Source: Callorhinchus milii (Eukaryota). Taken from it: a DNA stretch of 64,000 nt. Positions 1 to 13,554 of this stretch are shown one piece after another; the first letter of the stretch is position 1; each line of letters begins with the position of its first letter. The notes under the pieces were generated by a model. The model made no database searches. It saw only the letters and a program-made list of their open reading frames with translations, and was not told the DNA's origin. The stretch covers positions 36,270,001-36,334,000 of the forward strand of contig NW_024704745.1 in the NCBI RefSeq assembly GCF_018977255.1, written 5' to 3'. Position numbers and translations under genes: made by a program.

Positions 1-178
1 GTTGATTGTTGAACAAGATGACTAGCTTCCTGACTAGCTTGGTGAGGTGGAGTGTGCATCCTTGCATGCTGATGCTACTAGTGCCTGAGGTGCGGAGGCA
101 TGACATTGGCTCTGCCGTTACCTGTCGGCTCTGGCTAACCTCACTTCCAGTGGCCTCGCTGTCACTTCTCACCTCTCA

Positions 179-240
179 CACTGACCCCGCTCCCACACTG
201 ATCCCGCTCCCACATTGACCCCGCTCCCGCACTAACCCCA
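179..240. repeat. 17-bp minisatellite, about 3.6 copies
   Basis: cactgaccccgctccca repeated with variants. Confidence 0.7.
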
Positions 241-1140
241 TGCCGGAACAGCTTGGTGTGCCCCGCCACTGCTGCTCCTGGTTGCCACCCACCCACCTGC
301 CTCAAATCTCAAAAAGTTTAGACCCAGGTGAAATTTCTCCCCAAATTAGTTGCCTCCAATCAAATACCATCACTATTGTTCCTAACAATTGTTCTTTTCA
401 TTTTAATTGGTTAAGTAGATCTTAACTTAAGTTCTGCTTATCTTCTGAGCCCAAAATTTAGTTTTTAAAATGTAATTTATACATCAAAAAAGAACAGAAC
501 AGTACACTTTACAGCAAATCAGCACCTATTGGAAGAAAATTCTCCCCTGTGTTTTACCATCTGTCAATTAATCAATTTCGGTAGCATTATTTGCTTTTAT
601 ATTTCAAAAAACAAACATTGTAAACTGAAGCCACTTGTGTATCATTAAGTTTGACATTATTTGGCCCTTTGATTTGTTTAATTATAGTTTGTAAATAGTT
701 GCCTACTACAAAATGTTTGTCCACAAACCATTCAAGTGCTTCATGTCTCTTTGGGATTATTAAATTCACTATGTGTCAGAATTTTTTAACTAAACGTGAA
801 TAGATATTGGCTTGGGGACTGACATGTACTTATGAAGATAGCAATGCATAATTTTCCACTCTTCGTGGTTAAGCGTTGATTAATTTAAACTTTTGCAGCT
901 GAAGACTTAAGCTACCAATTAAAATGCATCCTCTTTTTCTAATCTGTGTTTATTGCACAGAGCTACTGTTAGATCTTGAAAGGTAAGCACATTTCTAATT
1001 TGTGAAAACAATAAAAAGTCAAAACTTGTGGTTGCCTCAAAAGGCCAGCAAAAGTTTAAACATCTATCAAAGAGTGAAGGGTTGCAGTCGGCCTACTAAC
1101 CAGCACTGTACTGCACTGGCAGATGAAATGAAGGAGACTT

Positions 1141-1630
1141 GGATTCAACCCTGAAAGGAAGGTTGAATTTGAGTTTATGAAAATAGTAAAGTGTGAAGTG
1201 TGTGCAGATTCCCTTAAGGGCAGCAAAGGTTTAAGACAGATGGGATTCAGAGCTAGAAGAGAAACCTTAATGTTTAGAGCTTCTGTGCTATAAAAATATT
1301 GATGGGAAACAGAGGTGTTTGGGAGGAACAAGTGGTCTTTTGTTATAAGTGAAAAGTGGAAATTCTTGGATGAAGATCTATTCAAGATTGTCAAGATGTT
1401 GCCTTATGGTGATGTTGACAAACAACTAAAGCAGTTAATGAAGTTTGTTATCAGTTGTGTTCAGAGACATTTGGTATAAAGGGAGATTCAAAGAGTGGTA
1501 ATGGGAAATTGTCAAGGAGACAGAAAGAGCTTGAGCAAATGAGAAGATAAAATGAAGAGCTGAAGGAAAAATTGTGACCTGCACTGCTGGAAGGTTTGGA
1601 AGTGATGTGGGAAGAAATCATTAATCATTA
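1141..1630 (+). mobile_element. Decayed Hero/NeSL-like (RLE-type) non-LTR retrotransposon, N-terminal part
   Basis: KCEVCADSLKGSKGL (zinc-finger-like), then across stops and frameshifts EKWKFLDEDL...LCSETFG...SRRQKELEQMRR...EGLEVMWEEI; matches my recollection of Hero ORFs. Confidence 0.5.
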
Positions 1631-2356
1631 CAGCCTTAATCTCATAGTGTTCTAGTACAAAAGGAGGAGAACACAAGCTTCATGCACCCTTCTGGCTCAC
1701 TGAGGAAGTTTCAAGCTGATGAAACTTTCCTTGCAGCAAATCAGGAGCTGTTAGTAAAGTGAAATTCAAGACATCCCTGTAGACCCAAAGAGAGCTCCAC
1801 CAAAATAAAACTTTGAAATGATTCACTAAGGCAGCACAGATATTAATGCGGCAGAGTTGAGGTGGTTGACGATGTGTCAACCTGGCTCAGTTAGGAACAT
1901 AGGATCATAGGAACAGGAATGGGCCATTCAGCCCTTTGAGACTGTTCCACCATTCAATTATATCATGGCTGATCTGTACCTCAACGAGTTTCCCGATTTT
2001 TTTCCATATCGCTTGATACCCTGACCTACCAAAAATCTATCAACCTCACACTTCAAGGTGTGGATGGATCCAGCATTCACAGCCTTTTGGGGAAATTCCA
2101 GATTTCTACCAGACTTTGAGTGAAAAAACACTTCCTGATTTCACTCTTAAATGGCCTGGTTCTAATTTTAAGACTATGCCTCTGTTTTAGATTTCCCCAC
2201 TAGAGGAAATACCTTATCTGTATTTACCCTATCAAATCCTTTTATCATCTTAAACACCTCAATCAAATCACCCCTCAACCTTCTAAACTCAAGGGAATCC
2301 AAGTTTATGCAGCATTTCCTCGTAACTTAACCCTTTAAGGCCTGGTAACATTCTAG

Positions 2357-3277
2357 CATGCCTGTCTGACATCGAGTCCTGGACGAGAGACAACTTTCTT
2401 CAGCTCAACATGCGTAAAACTGAGGCCCTCCTGATTGGCTCGTGTCAGTGCCTCCGCACCTCAGGCGCTGACAGCATCAGCATCCAAGGCTGCACTTTCC
2501 ACCTCTCAAAGCCAGTCAGGAACCTCGGTGTTCTGTTCGCCCCTGAGCTGTCCTTTCTCCCTCATATCCACGGCACAACTGGCACCGCCTTCCATCACCT
2601 CCGAAACATCGCCAGACAACGGTACTACCTCACCCCTCACGCTGCTGAAACTCTGGTCCACGCCTTTATCACCTCAAGGCTGGACTATGGGAACTCTCTC
2701 CTCATCGGCCTTCCCGGCACCTCCCTCCACAAGCTGCAGGTCATTCAGAACTCTGCAGCTCGTGTAATGTCCCGCACCAGGCTTCGGGACCACATCACTC
2801 CCACCCTCGCTCACCTCCACTGGCTCCCCATCCCCCAGAGGATCGAATTCAAGATCCTCATCCTCACCTACAAGGCCATTCATGGCCTTGCTCCCTCCTA
2901 CCTCTCCGATCTACTATCCCCCTATCTACCTGCCCGTACCATCCGTTCCTCTGGCTCCGGTCTGCTCCACATCCCCTATCCCAACCGCCCTACCATCGGT
3001 GGCCGGGCCATCAGCCTCTCAGCCCCGAGGCTCTGGAACTCTATCCCCAGTGCCTTCGCCGCCTCCTCCCTTTTCTCCTTCAAGGCCAGTCTCAAGACCT
3101 TTCTCTTTGACCGTGCCTTCAGCTCCCCTCTCGACTCTCTACCCCCTCCTCGCTCCCTCCCTTCCCTCCCCTCGACCATTTCCCCCCTGCTCGGGTCCTG
3201 ACCCAACTGTACAGCACCTTGGGACGTCCTCCCGATGTGAAAGGCGCTCTATAAATGGAATCTTGTTGTTGTTGTTG
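2357..3277 (+). mobile_element. Young 5'-truncated L2 LINE
   Basis: Intact ORF2 C-terminus (VHAFITSRLDYGNSLL, LHWLPIPQRIEFKIL), (TTG)n tail, possible 3-bp TSD tag. Confidence 0.9.
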
Positions 3278-3871
3278 TAGTGGTACCTGTGCTGCACCCC
3301 CTCCAGGGCCAATATATCTTTCCTGAGGTGTGGTGCCCAAAACTGAACGCAGTATTCCAGATGGGGTCTGACTAACGCTCTATAGAGCTGAAGCATCATT
3401 TCTTCCCCTTTGTATTCCAGACCCCTCGAGATAAAGGCCAACATTCCATTCGCCGTTTTTGATTAATTTTTGTACCTGGGAACCAGTGTTTAGTGATTTG
3501 TGGATATGGACACCCAAATCCCTTTGCTCCTCCATGATTCTTTGTCTTTCCCCAATAAGAAAATATTCTGCTTCATCTTTTTTCGATCCACAGTGGATGA
3601 CCTCACACTTCCCTACATTGAACTCCATCTGCACAGCTTTGCCCACTCACTTAATCTGTCTAAGTCCTTTGTAACTTCCTACTCCCATCTACACAACTTA
3701 CTGAGTCTCCAAGTTTAGTGTCGTCTGCAAACTTGGATATAAAACTTTCTATTCCTTCATCCAAGTCAATTATATATATGGCGAAAAGCTGAGGTCCCAG
3801 TACAGACCCCTGGGGGACAACACTTGTCATGTACCACCAATCGGGGAATGTTCCCTTTATCCCTGCTCTTT

Positions 3872-4188
3872 ATAATAATAATAATAATCCTTGCATTTGA
3901 TATAGCGCTTTTCACGTCAGGAGGACGTCCCAAAGCGCTTCACAGAACACACTGTAAAGTGAATTGACTGTATATTTGTGGACGAACGTGGCAGCCAATT
4001 GCGCTCAGCAATGTCCACAAACAGTCGTAGATTGAAAATGACCAATTTATTATTGTTTTTGGTTTATGAAGGGATTATTATTAGGCATGTGGAGTAAGAA
4101 AACTTGCCCAAGGTTTCGCCCTGCCTGGAATTGAACACAGGTCTCTCACTTGCAAAGCGAGTGCTCTAACCACTAAGCTACAGGACTC
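3872..4188 (-). mobile_element. tRNA-derived SINE, short subfamily
   Basis: tRNA-like head with A/B boxes, Deu-domain-like body, L2-like tail, (ATT)n. Confidence 0.9.
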
Positions 4189-5389
4189 TTTGTTTCCTGC
4201 TTCCCAACCAATTACCAAGCCACGTCATAAGGTTACTTCCGACTCCATGCGCTTCCATTTTGCTAATAAACTTTTGTGTGGGACCTTATCAAATGTCTTC
4301 TGAAAGTCTATATACATTACATCCATAGACACTCTCTTAACTACCCTTTTAGTGACCTCCTCAAAAAATTCAACTAGATTAGTCAGATACAGCCTACTCT
4401 TCACAAACCCATGCTGATTCACTTTGACTAGTTCATACCTGTCCAAGTGCTCAGTCACTCTGTCCCTGATGATGAATTCCAGTATTTTCCCTACAACTGA
4501 CGTTAAGATTTTTTCAAACATTAGGGTGACATTTGCAATGTTCCAATCTAAGACCACAATTCACAAATGCAGCTGCAATTTCCTCTCCTATTTCCTTTAA
4601 CACCCTGGGATGGAAACTATCAGGTCCTGGAGATTTACTCCATGTGAAGGGACTATATAAATGCAAGTTGTTGTTGTTGTTGTTGTCCTCCGAACCGCCG
4701 GCTCCTGCTGCTGTCAAGAGAAGATGGTTCACTGGGGGGAAGGATAGGATGGCCCAAAATGGGAATGGTTCTCGGGCTGGATCAAATCATCCCCCTTGTC
4801 GGATGTGGCCCTCGAACTGCGAATTGGACCACTCTGATCTAAATAATACTATTGTGAATCTGCAAAAATATTTTTTCTGCACTTGTTCATAATGTACCCA
4901 TAATGATTGTAAAATACAGGAGAGAAAATACTGCCATTTGTAGAAATTTGTGAGAATTTATGTGAACACAGTAACTGTCTGCTGGTTTAACATTTTTGTG
5001 TGTTTTTCTTTCACTTACTCCTTGTCACCTGAAGGTGGCGATCCATGTTGAGGTGTGGTATCCAGGCACGAGCTGAGGCCTTCTGATACTATGTCCAAGT
5101 GACTATTATTCATGTGCCTCTGGACAGTGATTACATTTATTCCACCTCGGAACAAACGTGACATTTTACTATAAGTTCATTTTATCAACAGTTTTGACTG
5201 TAGTTCCTCAAGTGCTTTGAGATGTGCACCAACATAGAAGATGCTATATAAATGCTTTGGCCAAAACATGATGAAAATCAAATGTCTGAAAGCACGTTAC
5301 AGAATTGAGATTAATTAGAAATCAAATGAATCTTTTTTTGTGGGTAAAAATGGTACTAATTAGCACCCTGCAGTGTCTTGAAAACAATG

Positions 5390-5835
5390 GCAAGCAATGC
5401 CATTTATTGTAATAAAAATAATCCTTGCATTAGCCTAGCACCACTTATGGTGGAAAGAATGTCTTGAAGCACTTCACAAATGTTACTGTAAAATATAGTG
5501 ACTGTATTTTGTAGGCTAACACAACAGCCAATTTATGCACAGCAATGTCCCACAACTAGCCATGAAATGGTTAACCAATTCTATCTAGGGGATTGTGACA
5601 TTTAGAGAAACTCCCTTCTTTATCACCTAGTGCCATAGGATCTTTAATGTGCATGTGAAGACGTCGATTGGGCTCGCAGGTTAATGTCTCAATGGAAATC
5701 TCCAACATGCAGCTCCCCTGCAACACTAGACTGGAGTGTTAGCCTCAGACTGCAAGTTCAAAGTCACAATATGCGGCTTGAATCCTCAACCTTCAGAATC
5801 CGCAGAGTGAGTGCTCCCAACTGAGCCAGGCAGGC
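5390..5835 (-). mobile_element. Old DeuSINE-like element (similar old copies near 17530-17760, 24830-25130, 32520-32740)
   Basis: Diverged tRNA head plus gcacagcaatgtcccaca core and related tail. Confidence 0.55.
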
Positions 5836-7268
5836 ACCTTCAATTTGGGGTACATTTGGGTGAAGAAGAAATGTAAGATTTTTTTTACATTCGTCAATGC
5901 CTTGGATATTGCTGTTAGGAAATGGAACAGTTTCCCATCCCAGGCAACCTGTGTGGGAATCGAGCATTCTCAAGGAAGATAGAGCACAATCTGCTTTAGA
6001 GTAGCTTCCTCTACTCGTTGCAACTTAGCTCAAATCTTGAAAGAGAACTTCCACTGTATCAGTTTCCATACTGTTAATAAGTCTCCCTTGGGTCTCTGTG
6101 AATGACATGGACAATTTAGAACCAATGATTGTAAAATGAGTGGGTTTTTTTTTTTCTGTGGGCTCATACCAAGAAGAACTAGTTTGTTACAACTAAAACT
6201 CATTTCACAACAAACTCAAGGGGCAAGAAATATTTTTGCTGCTTCAGGCATTGTGATTTTGATGCTGTGTAATCAGAATAGGATTTTGCCATCATGGGGT
6301 CCAAAATGCAGTTGTTGCAACAGAGCATTAGTAAATATTGATTTCTCCCTATAACCAGTTGTACGCCTGCAAGTCAGTGAGAAACACATCTGGTCACCAA
6401 CAGGATTCAGTATTTTACGAATCCTGTGTGAATATAGGATGTGACTGTTATGTTTTAGACCCCTATAAATTACAATCATCAAATTCCATACACTTAGTGG
6501 CAAGAAAGGACTTTTCAGCTGGAGGATCTAACTGTATAAATCTTTCCTGCGATTTGTGTAGACCAAACCCTTTTTTTTTCAGGCATGAATATTTCTATAG
6601 ATTTGAGCAATCTAATGTCTGCGCTATATTTTCAGAAAGACTATTGCACAAGCTAAGAATAAAACAGAGGTTTAGCATTTAACTGTTTAGCTGTTGTGGG
6701 TTGGTATTTCCAGCAACTGACAATATCAACCCACAACAGCAATATATCAGCTCTGCAATACGGTCCAAAAAATCAATTGATAGTTGATTAAGTGTGCAGC
6801 CATAGTTTGTCAAACTGAACTAGTGCTTTCAGGGCACAAAAATCTCTAAACTAATGAATACATTAGTCTGCTGAGGATCTAAAATTGGTTAACTTAGTCT
6901 TGAACAGTCTGTTATAGTTAACATGTTGAAAGTGCAATGCTGGTAATTCTTTATGTCATAGTTATACAGGTCAGAAACTGAGATTTCAAAACAGTTATAT
7001 AATGACTAGGCAGCTTGCTAATACAATGTATTGTTAAATTTCATGATAATTATGCTCCTAAAACTAGCCTCCCCATTAGGACTTGTGGCATAAATACATA
7101 TACTACACCTTCAACTGCTACAGGTGAGTTATTTGAATATCTGAATTTTAACACACACATAATTTTAACATAAAACCAGTCATGGAGTTTTATGTGCAAT
7201 GTTAATTGTAATCAATTATTGTTCATCTTTAATGTTAATTTTAGTGCTGGCCACTAATAAAGAAATTA

Positions 7269-7640
7269 AATAATAATAAACTTGCATTTGATATAGCGCC
7301 TTCTCACATCTTCTAGCCATCTCAAAGCGCTTCACAGAATATACTGTAAACATTGACTATGTTTTTTGGTCAAATGCTGCAGCCAATTGCATACAGCTAC
7401 GTACCACAAACAGTCATAGATTAAGTGACCAAATAATTTTAAAAAATATATATTTTTGAAGGGATTATTAGCCCCGGAAAGCAATCTGCCAATTGAATAA
7501 CAACCAGGTTCCTACTTACCGATAGGTAAACAGAGGCATGTGGAGTAAGGAAACATGCCCAACGTTTCGCCCTGCCCTGGAATCGAACCCAGGTCCTCTC
7601 GTTTGTGAGTGAGTTCTCTAACCACTAAGTTACAGGGCTC
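7269..7640 (-). mobile_element. SINE, long subfamily with extra ~60-bp internal segment
   Basis: Same head and tail as the short family plus ccaggttcctacttac...aggtaaacagagg. Confidence 0.8.
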
Positions 7641-9013
7641 CAGGTATGAGAATAAAAGCTATTTTAATGCCAGCATTATGTACATACCTTGCCAATTTTA
7701 ATGACAACTGAAATTTCTCTCCCAAGGTCTGCAATGTAGACGTTAAGAAAATATGTCCTGTTTATATAACTTTCAGTTCAGAGCCACAGTGATTTCAGCT
7801 TCCCAGCAATTTGCACAGCTCCTCTTCCAAGCTCCCCGAGGGTGATTGAACTGAGATTTATACAGGTTGTGATGGGCACTTTTAGCATTCAACTCAAGTC
7901 CAAACATTGCTATTGCAGCAAGAGCTTTGCAACAATTAATCACATATATAAATATGACAGTCACATAAACAATTGCATTCAAGAGGCCTTCAGAAATGTA
8001 AATGGATCTTTTAAACCTCTGGCCATAATTAATTGAAACTTCCAAGGAAACTATTAATATGTTCCCCATTGCATTAAACACCAGGTCACCACATATTTCA
8101 TTATTTATATTAAGTTTGAAGAATCATCAAAACTGAATATTACAAATAAAATTATAACTTTCTCAGTTTTTATATTCTTAGTTTTAATATTCTTTTCTCT
8201 CCACTGGGACAAGCATAGATTGAGGTCTGAAAAATTGCACCTGTATAGCATTAATCTATACTATGTCCCTGCATTGCAACTTTTATTATTTTGCTTAATG
8301 TTTAAAAAAATCACACATTGAAAGCAATATGCAAATAAAATAAAAATACTTTCAATTAAACGGTAAAAGGTTACTTATGAATTAATAGCAAAAATTACAT
8401 TTAGAAGTAATTTTGTTTTTTTGATGGTTAACATACAGCAGTACCCCATCGTACATTCTGGGGGTCCTCAAGCCTTCTTGAGGGTTCTTGCCAACCTACT
8501 CCCAATGTCCTCCAGATTTAGCTAAATAGGGTGCATCCCTCTGAAGAGAAAGTGCACATTCCATTCCAAACCCAGGAATTTTCATGTGTAGATGGGATTC
8601 ATGCAATTCTCAGTTTAGGTTGAATACTCTTAAGCATGCCGATTGGTTTCCATTGTGTCAGATTCCCACAAAGCTTGGATCAAGACATCAATTAATACCC
8701 TGTAATGAGGCATTTAGTTTCTTTCTCACGTCTCACCTCAGCAAAGCAGAGGAACCAGACCCATCTGGTCCCAAGCTGGATCTTCAACTGGCAGTATTGT
8801 TTATCTATGAAATTGAATGAAAGTGAAATTGATCAGCAAGAGGCACAATAATAAAACAATCCACAAAATTACAGTCTTTACCCAATGTGAAAATGTTTGT
8901 TAAATGTAATGAAACAGAATCATTATCAATTGTGGTGCTATTTCATTCATTAAAGTTGATCGATAGCTGATTCTCCATTAAATATCAAATTTAATTTGGC
9001 CTAGAACTCCATG

Positions 9014-9475
9014 ACAACAACAATAATAACTTACATTTATACAGCACTCCTCACACAGGGTAACGTCTCAGAGCACTTGACAGTGGCAGGAGCATGACGC
9101 CAAGCTGGGGGCTGGGTGAGGTGACCCTAAGTGCGGATGCGGAAGGAAAGGGCAAGAAAGAGGAATAGAGGAAGAGTGTTCCAGAGTTTTGGGGCATCGT
9201 GGCTGAAAGTGGGACCACCGATGGTGGAATGAAGGGCATGAAGGATATGCAGAAGGCCAGAGTCAGTCAAGCGAAGGCAGCTGGTTGGGGGTAAGCAGTT
9301 TGGAGAGGTAGGGAAGTGCCACGGCATGAAAGGATTTGAAAACAAGTGTGAGGATCTAGAAATCGATCTGTTCGGTGATAGGAAGCCAGTGGAACCTGAC
9401 TAGAACTGGTGTGATGGGGATATGGAGTGTAGTGCGGGTGAAAATGCAGGCAGTGGACTTTTGGATTAGCTGGAT
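9014..9475 (-). mobile_element. L2 fragment
   Basis: RFHWLPITEQIDF, PKLWNTLP motifs; L2 tail. Confidence 0.8.
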
Positions 9476-11135
9476 CTTGTTACTAATGCAACAAATACTA
9501 GATGTATATTGTTGGAAAATGATTTGTTCACACTTTCTATCAATCAGTTTTGGGTGGGAAGACTGATTTATATTTTCCACTTGGAAATGTCATTTGCCAG
9601 AGATTAAGGAAAAGTCTGGTCATATGCAAATAATGGTACTCATGAAGCTCTGCTAACTAATACTGAAATCTACTGAGAATCTTAATCGTATTAAGGAGCT
9701 GGTTGCACAGCTGGTATATTATATTAAAAAAAATTATGGATAGTCCAATTGAGTGAAGTGAAATTTTATCTTAATTTTTTAAGCTCTTTAATATCTGCAG
9801 CAGTAGAAACCTGAATTTTACTCTAACCAACAGATCGATTTGATTCTTGAAACTTGCCCCCATAAATGATTTATGCTGCACTTCTATCATTGATTGGATG
9901 CTAAAGGTGTAGAACAAATGGTCTATTAAAGCTGAAAATGGTAAGAAGAATGGAGTTCTCTGGAATTTTACATTTTAGGACCATTTTAAAACTATAAAAA
10001 AAACATAAAATTCTCACAGAAATTATGGCAGATAATTGGGTTTAGGATAAATATATGTTCCAAAGTATTGCCTGTGTTGAATTGTCCTCTATATTCACAT
10101 CACATTCAGAGAATTGAGTCTTTGTTTTTTTAACATCCTTCACAGTTAAACAGTTCAGCGTGTTTAATTACTAGCAAGCTTAAAATCCCATTCTTTGCTG
10201 CTGGCATTTCTGTAAAGAATGCTATTTATCTTCATTACATTTGGACTGTTTCAGGCATCTGTTTAGCTCGCCCTATTTTCTCTACTATTCCAACGTATTG
10301 GGGAATTTATTTGCAAAAATGTTCATGCTCTAAATTCATTTCCCATGAACAATGAAAGCTGAATATTCTTTGGAGGACATACTTAGAGTTTACTGGTAAT
10401 TGGTAGTTGGTAACGCTGTGCCCAAGGCTTGTTGGTTGGAAGTGGGTGGAAGTATGATTATATGATAAACTATTGAACGATGAATGTCTCCTGGGATTAA
10501 GGGCAGCTATTTGTTGTGTCTGTAAGGATATTATATATTCTCTTGAGAAATATTTTCCAATTCAAATACCTTAATAGATTTTGAACAAGTTAGAGACTCA
10601 TTGTAACCTTATGACTAGGTGTTTACGCTTTCTTCAACTTCATGGTGCTTTGTTAAAGAAAGGATGAATTAATATGATATGGATCATGAGTGACTCATTC
10701 CACAATGCTTTGAGTAAAATATTCAACTCGTCACTAAATGTACAACTTTGAAAATATATGTCTGAATTGGTGAAATTCCATTGTAAGATCATCTTATTAA
10801 AGTTCTCATGGTAAGTAGTTAATTGTCCATTTTCTCAAGAAGACTAAAATGTTTTGGTAGGAATTAGTGATTACAATTTTGGGATATATAATACAGAGTA
10901 ACGCAAATAATTGTGGTTGATAAATATAAATGTTTAAATGTACTGTTTTTCCCATTGTGCATCTTTTTGCAATATTAAATACTCTTACATCAAATACGTC
11001 CAGATTTTACTGTCTAAAAGGATGTCACAAGAATAATATCAAAATCTGCAATGGAAGCAGAGAAGTTGGAAATTTATACAGATAACAGTATCTGTGAGGG
11101 GAAACATGAAGTTGCTCATCTGAATTGACGGAGAT

Positions 11136-11263
11136 TTACTGCAGTGTAGACTGGAGCTTTGAACTTGGTCTTGACTGTGGGGAAAATACCTCTGTCCGTG
11201 ACTGGTGCACCTGAAGTATCCTGTCGAGAATGTGAACACAATCAACTGTATCTGGTGGAGCAT
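11136..11263 (-). CDS. Candidate terminal coding exon of unidentified minus-strand gene, (D)APPDTVDCVHILDRILQVHQSRTEVFSPQSRPSSKLQSTLQ*
   Basis: Acceptor tttcccaatacag|, phase 1, open to TAA; phase matches exon 12686-12771. Confidence 0.45.
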
Positions 11264-12685
11264 CTGTATTGGGAAATCCCAAGGTGTTTTTTTTTGGTGC
11301 TCATAGAAAGTGAATATAGAAACATGAAGCCCAGTGTGCATCAAAATGACAACAAAGTGATTCTGAAGCTGTCACATGAATACATTTTATTTTAATCTAT
11401 CACACATTAATCTTTCACAATTATTATTATATAAAGGTAGAATGGCAGCACCCTGTTCAGAACAATTGATTAAAGCCCTGGGCAAAAACAGGGTATGTGA
11501 AATGATCATTCTTACTGGTGTTAACCATTAAAACGTAGAACTTTCTGCTTTTGGCGAAGTTCCAATCAATCACTGCTCCTATGTGAATGACTTCTCCCTT
11601 CCAAACTCTGTTCAAATGATTCCACCCAAAGACACATACTACTATCATTGAATTGGTTGACAATACTTTTAACCCTGCTAAAGTTCATCTCAGTGCTGGT
11701 TTGAGGCACACCGCCTTAACCCAACTTTAGAAATTTATTTTTTAATAATATTAATAATCCTTGCATTTGGTATAGCACTTTATCACATCGTTGAGACATC
11801 TCAAAGCACTTCAAGAATATATTGTAAAGAGAATTGACTGTGTATTTTGTGGGTGAGAATGTGGAAGCCAATTGCGCACAGCAGTGTCCCACAAACAGTC
11901 GTGGATTGAGTGACCAAATTATTATTATTACTTTTTTATTACCTCATACATTGCACTTGTGACTCCAAAATGTATCCAGATTTTTTTTATTGATATAGAT
12001 TCAAAGACTTCCATGAACATTGTATGATTTAATGAGCAAGAATTTGTAAACTGGTTCTTTATTGATTGAACATTTAACCCCCATTTAGAAATTGTGTGGT
12101 CAAACGTGTAGCAGTTACAAACTTCCCGTTGCTGCTGCACTGATGGAAATTTAGTTTGGTTCTGAAATTGTGGGATTTTGTAACAAATTCATTACTAAAA
12201 ATCACACTTCCAAAGACCATTTACTTTATGACCTTTGGGAATGTCCTCCTGGCATGAACGGTATTATGTAAATATAAATCTGTATTGTAAATAAGCAATA
12301 TCATAAATTTGATAATGTTTACATGATTCCTTTATTTTATAATTCACTTTGCTAGTATGGGTTTAATATAGTATTGCATATTGAAAGTGGTTTAGTCTCA
12401 AAACACAGTTACTCGCCTTTAGAGTAAATGCTATGAAGCTGTGACATTCACCCAAAATGAAAGGCACTATATCAAATGCAATGATTGTTATTATAAATTG
12501 AAACAATAAAAGAGAATTATATTACAAACACCTTGATGAGTTATAAATAGGACTAATCAGACTGGTAAATGACAAAGATTCACTTTCAATATGCCTCTTA
12601 CAGGCGTCGCTTTCATTGGAAAAGACTAATTGCAGAATCAAATTATCCTCCTAGTTCACACGGTTAACAAATTAGCACTACTTAC

Positions 12686-12771
12686 CAAGTATTTCTTTGA
12701 GCATTTGAGAGGCTTCCAGTGTAATCACGGAAACCATGCACGTACATACATGTTTCACTGCATATAAGGCC
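12686..12771 (-). CDS. Candidate exon ALYAVKHVCTCMVSVITLEASQMLKEIL (phase 2 to 1)
   Basis: Acceptor tttttgtctagacag|, donor TTG|gtaagt, open frame. Confidence 0.55.
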
Positions 12772-13554
12772 CTGTCTAGACAAAAAGTTTGGTGCAGGTG
12801 TAACCCTGAATCTCTAACCAAGAAATGTTCAAATTTGTTTACAAGTATAACATTAGAAATGTTAAGGTTTTTTATTGGCAGAATATTAAATGGATAGGGT
12901 TGTTCAGCACACCTTGCACGCCAGTTTCACAGAAAAGTGGTCTTACTGCAAGACTTTTTATTAATACAAAGAATCATTTTCACAACCTTGGCTGAAGTTC
13001 CATTACATTTAATAAAGGAACTCAAACAGTAATAATAAATCCCCAATAAAAATGATTTAGTTGGATTACCTCAGTTTGTAATTTTGAGCTATGACCAATT
13101 CAGTGTCTGCACAGTTATCACAAAAATGTTTCACTGACAGTGCTGGTAGATGTTCGTAGTGGAATCAGGCTATTGTTCATAAGTGTTGTGATGCCAGGTT
13201 ACTGCCACTTTATTATGAACTTTCAACTTTCCATCAATTTTAGTTGGAGATTGATTGATGAGAAATCTGCTGAAACATTACCAAATATTGCAAAGGCCAT
13301 TAACTGGATGAAAAGGCGATATGCATGTTCTCTTTTGGTCCTCAGTCAGGCTCCAGTGTGAATAAAACCCATGCATTTTCTCCAATATACATCCATCGCC
13401 TTCCCATTCTCAGACTTCCTATATCAGCCTCTAAAACAAAATGTCACAGACCACGGAGATTCCTAGGAATTCTATCATCACTGCCATTGACTGGTCAATA
13501 ATTTTTACTTAGAAATGTACAGCTGTAGGTTTTTATATGATACACTCCTGAGGT

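Larger units (their letters stand above)
1890..4625 (-). mobile_element. CR1 LINE 3' part, split by an L2 and a SINE insertion (pieces about 1890-2356, 3278-3871, 4189-4625)
   Basis: CR1-type tail (aggaacataggatcatagg...); RT motifs QHGF..SRLYLTNLVEFFEEVT, YIDFQKTFDKVPH, RPHLEYCVQFWAPH. Confidence 0.85.

Noticed and set aside
2410-3201. Long ORFs 2410..3201, 48379..48996, 49036..49548, 55608..56258 and 62376..63032 as host genes
   Set aside because: They are L2/CR1 ORF2 fragments or their alternative frames.
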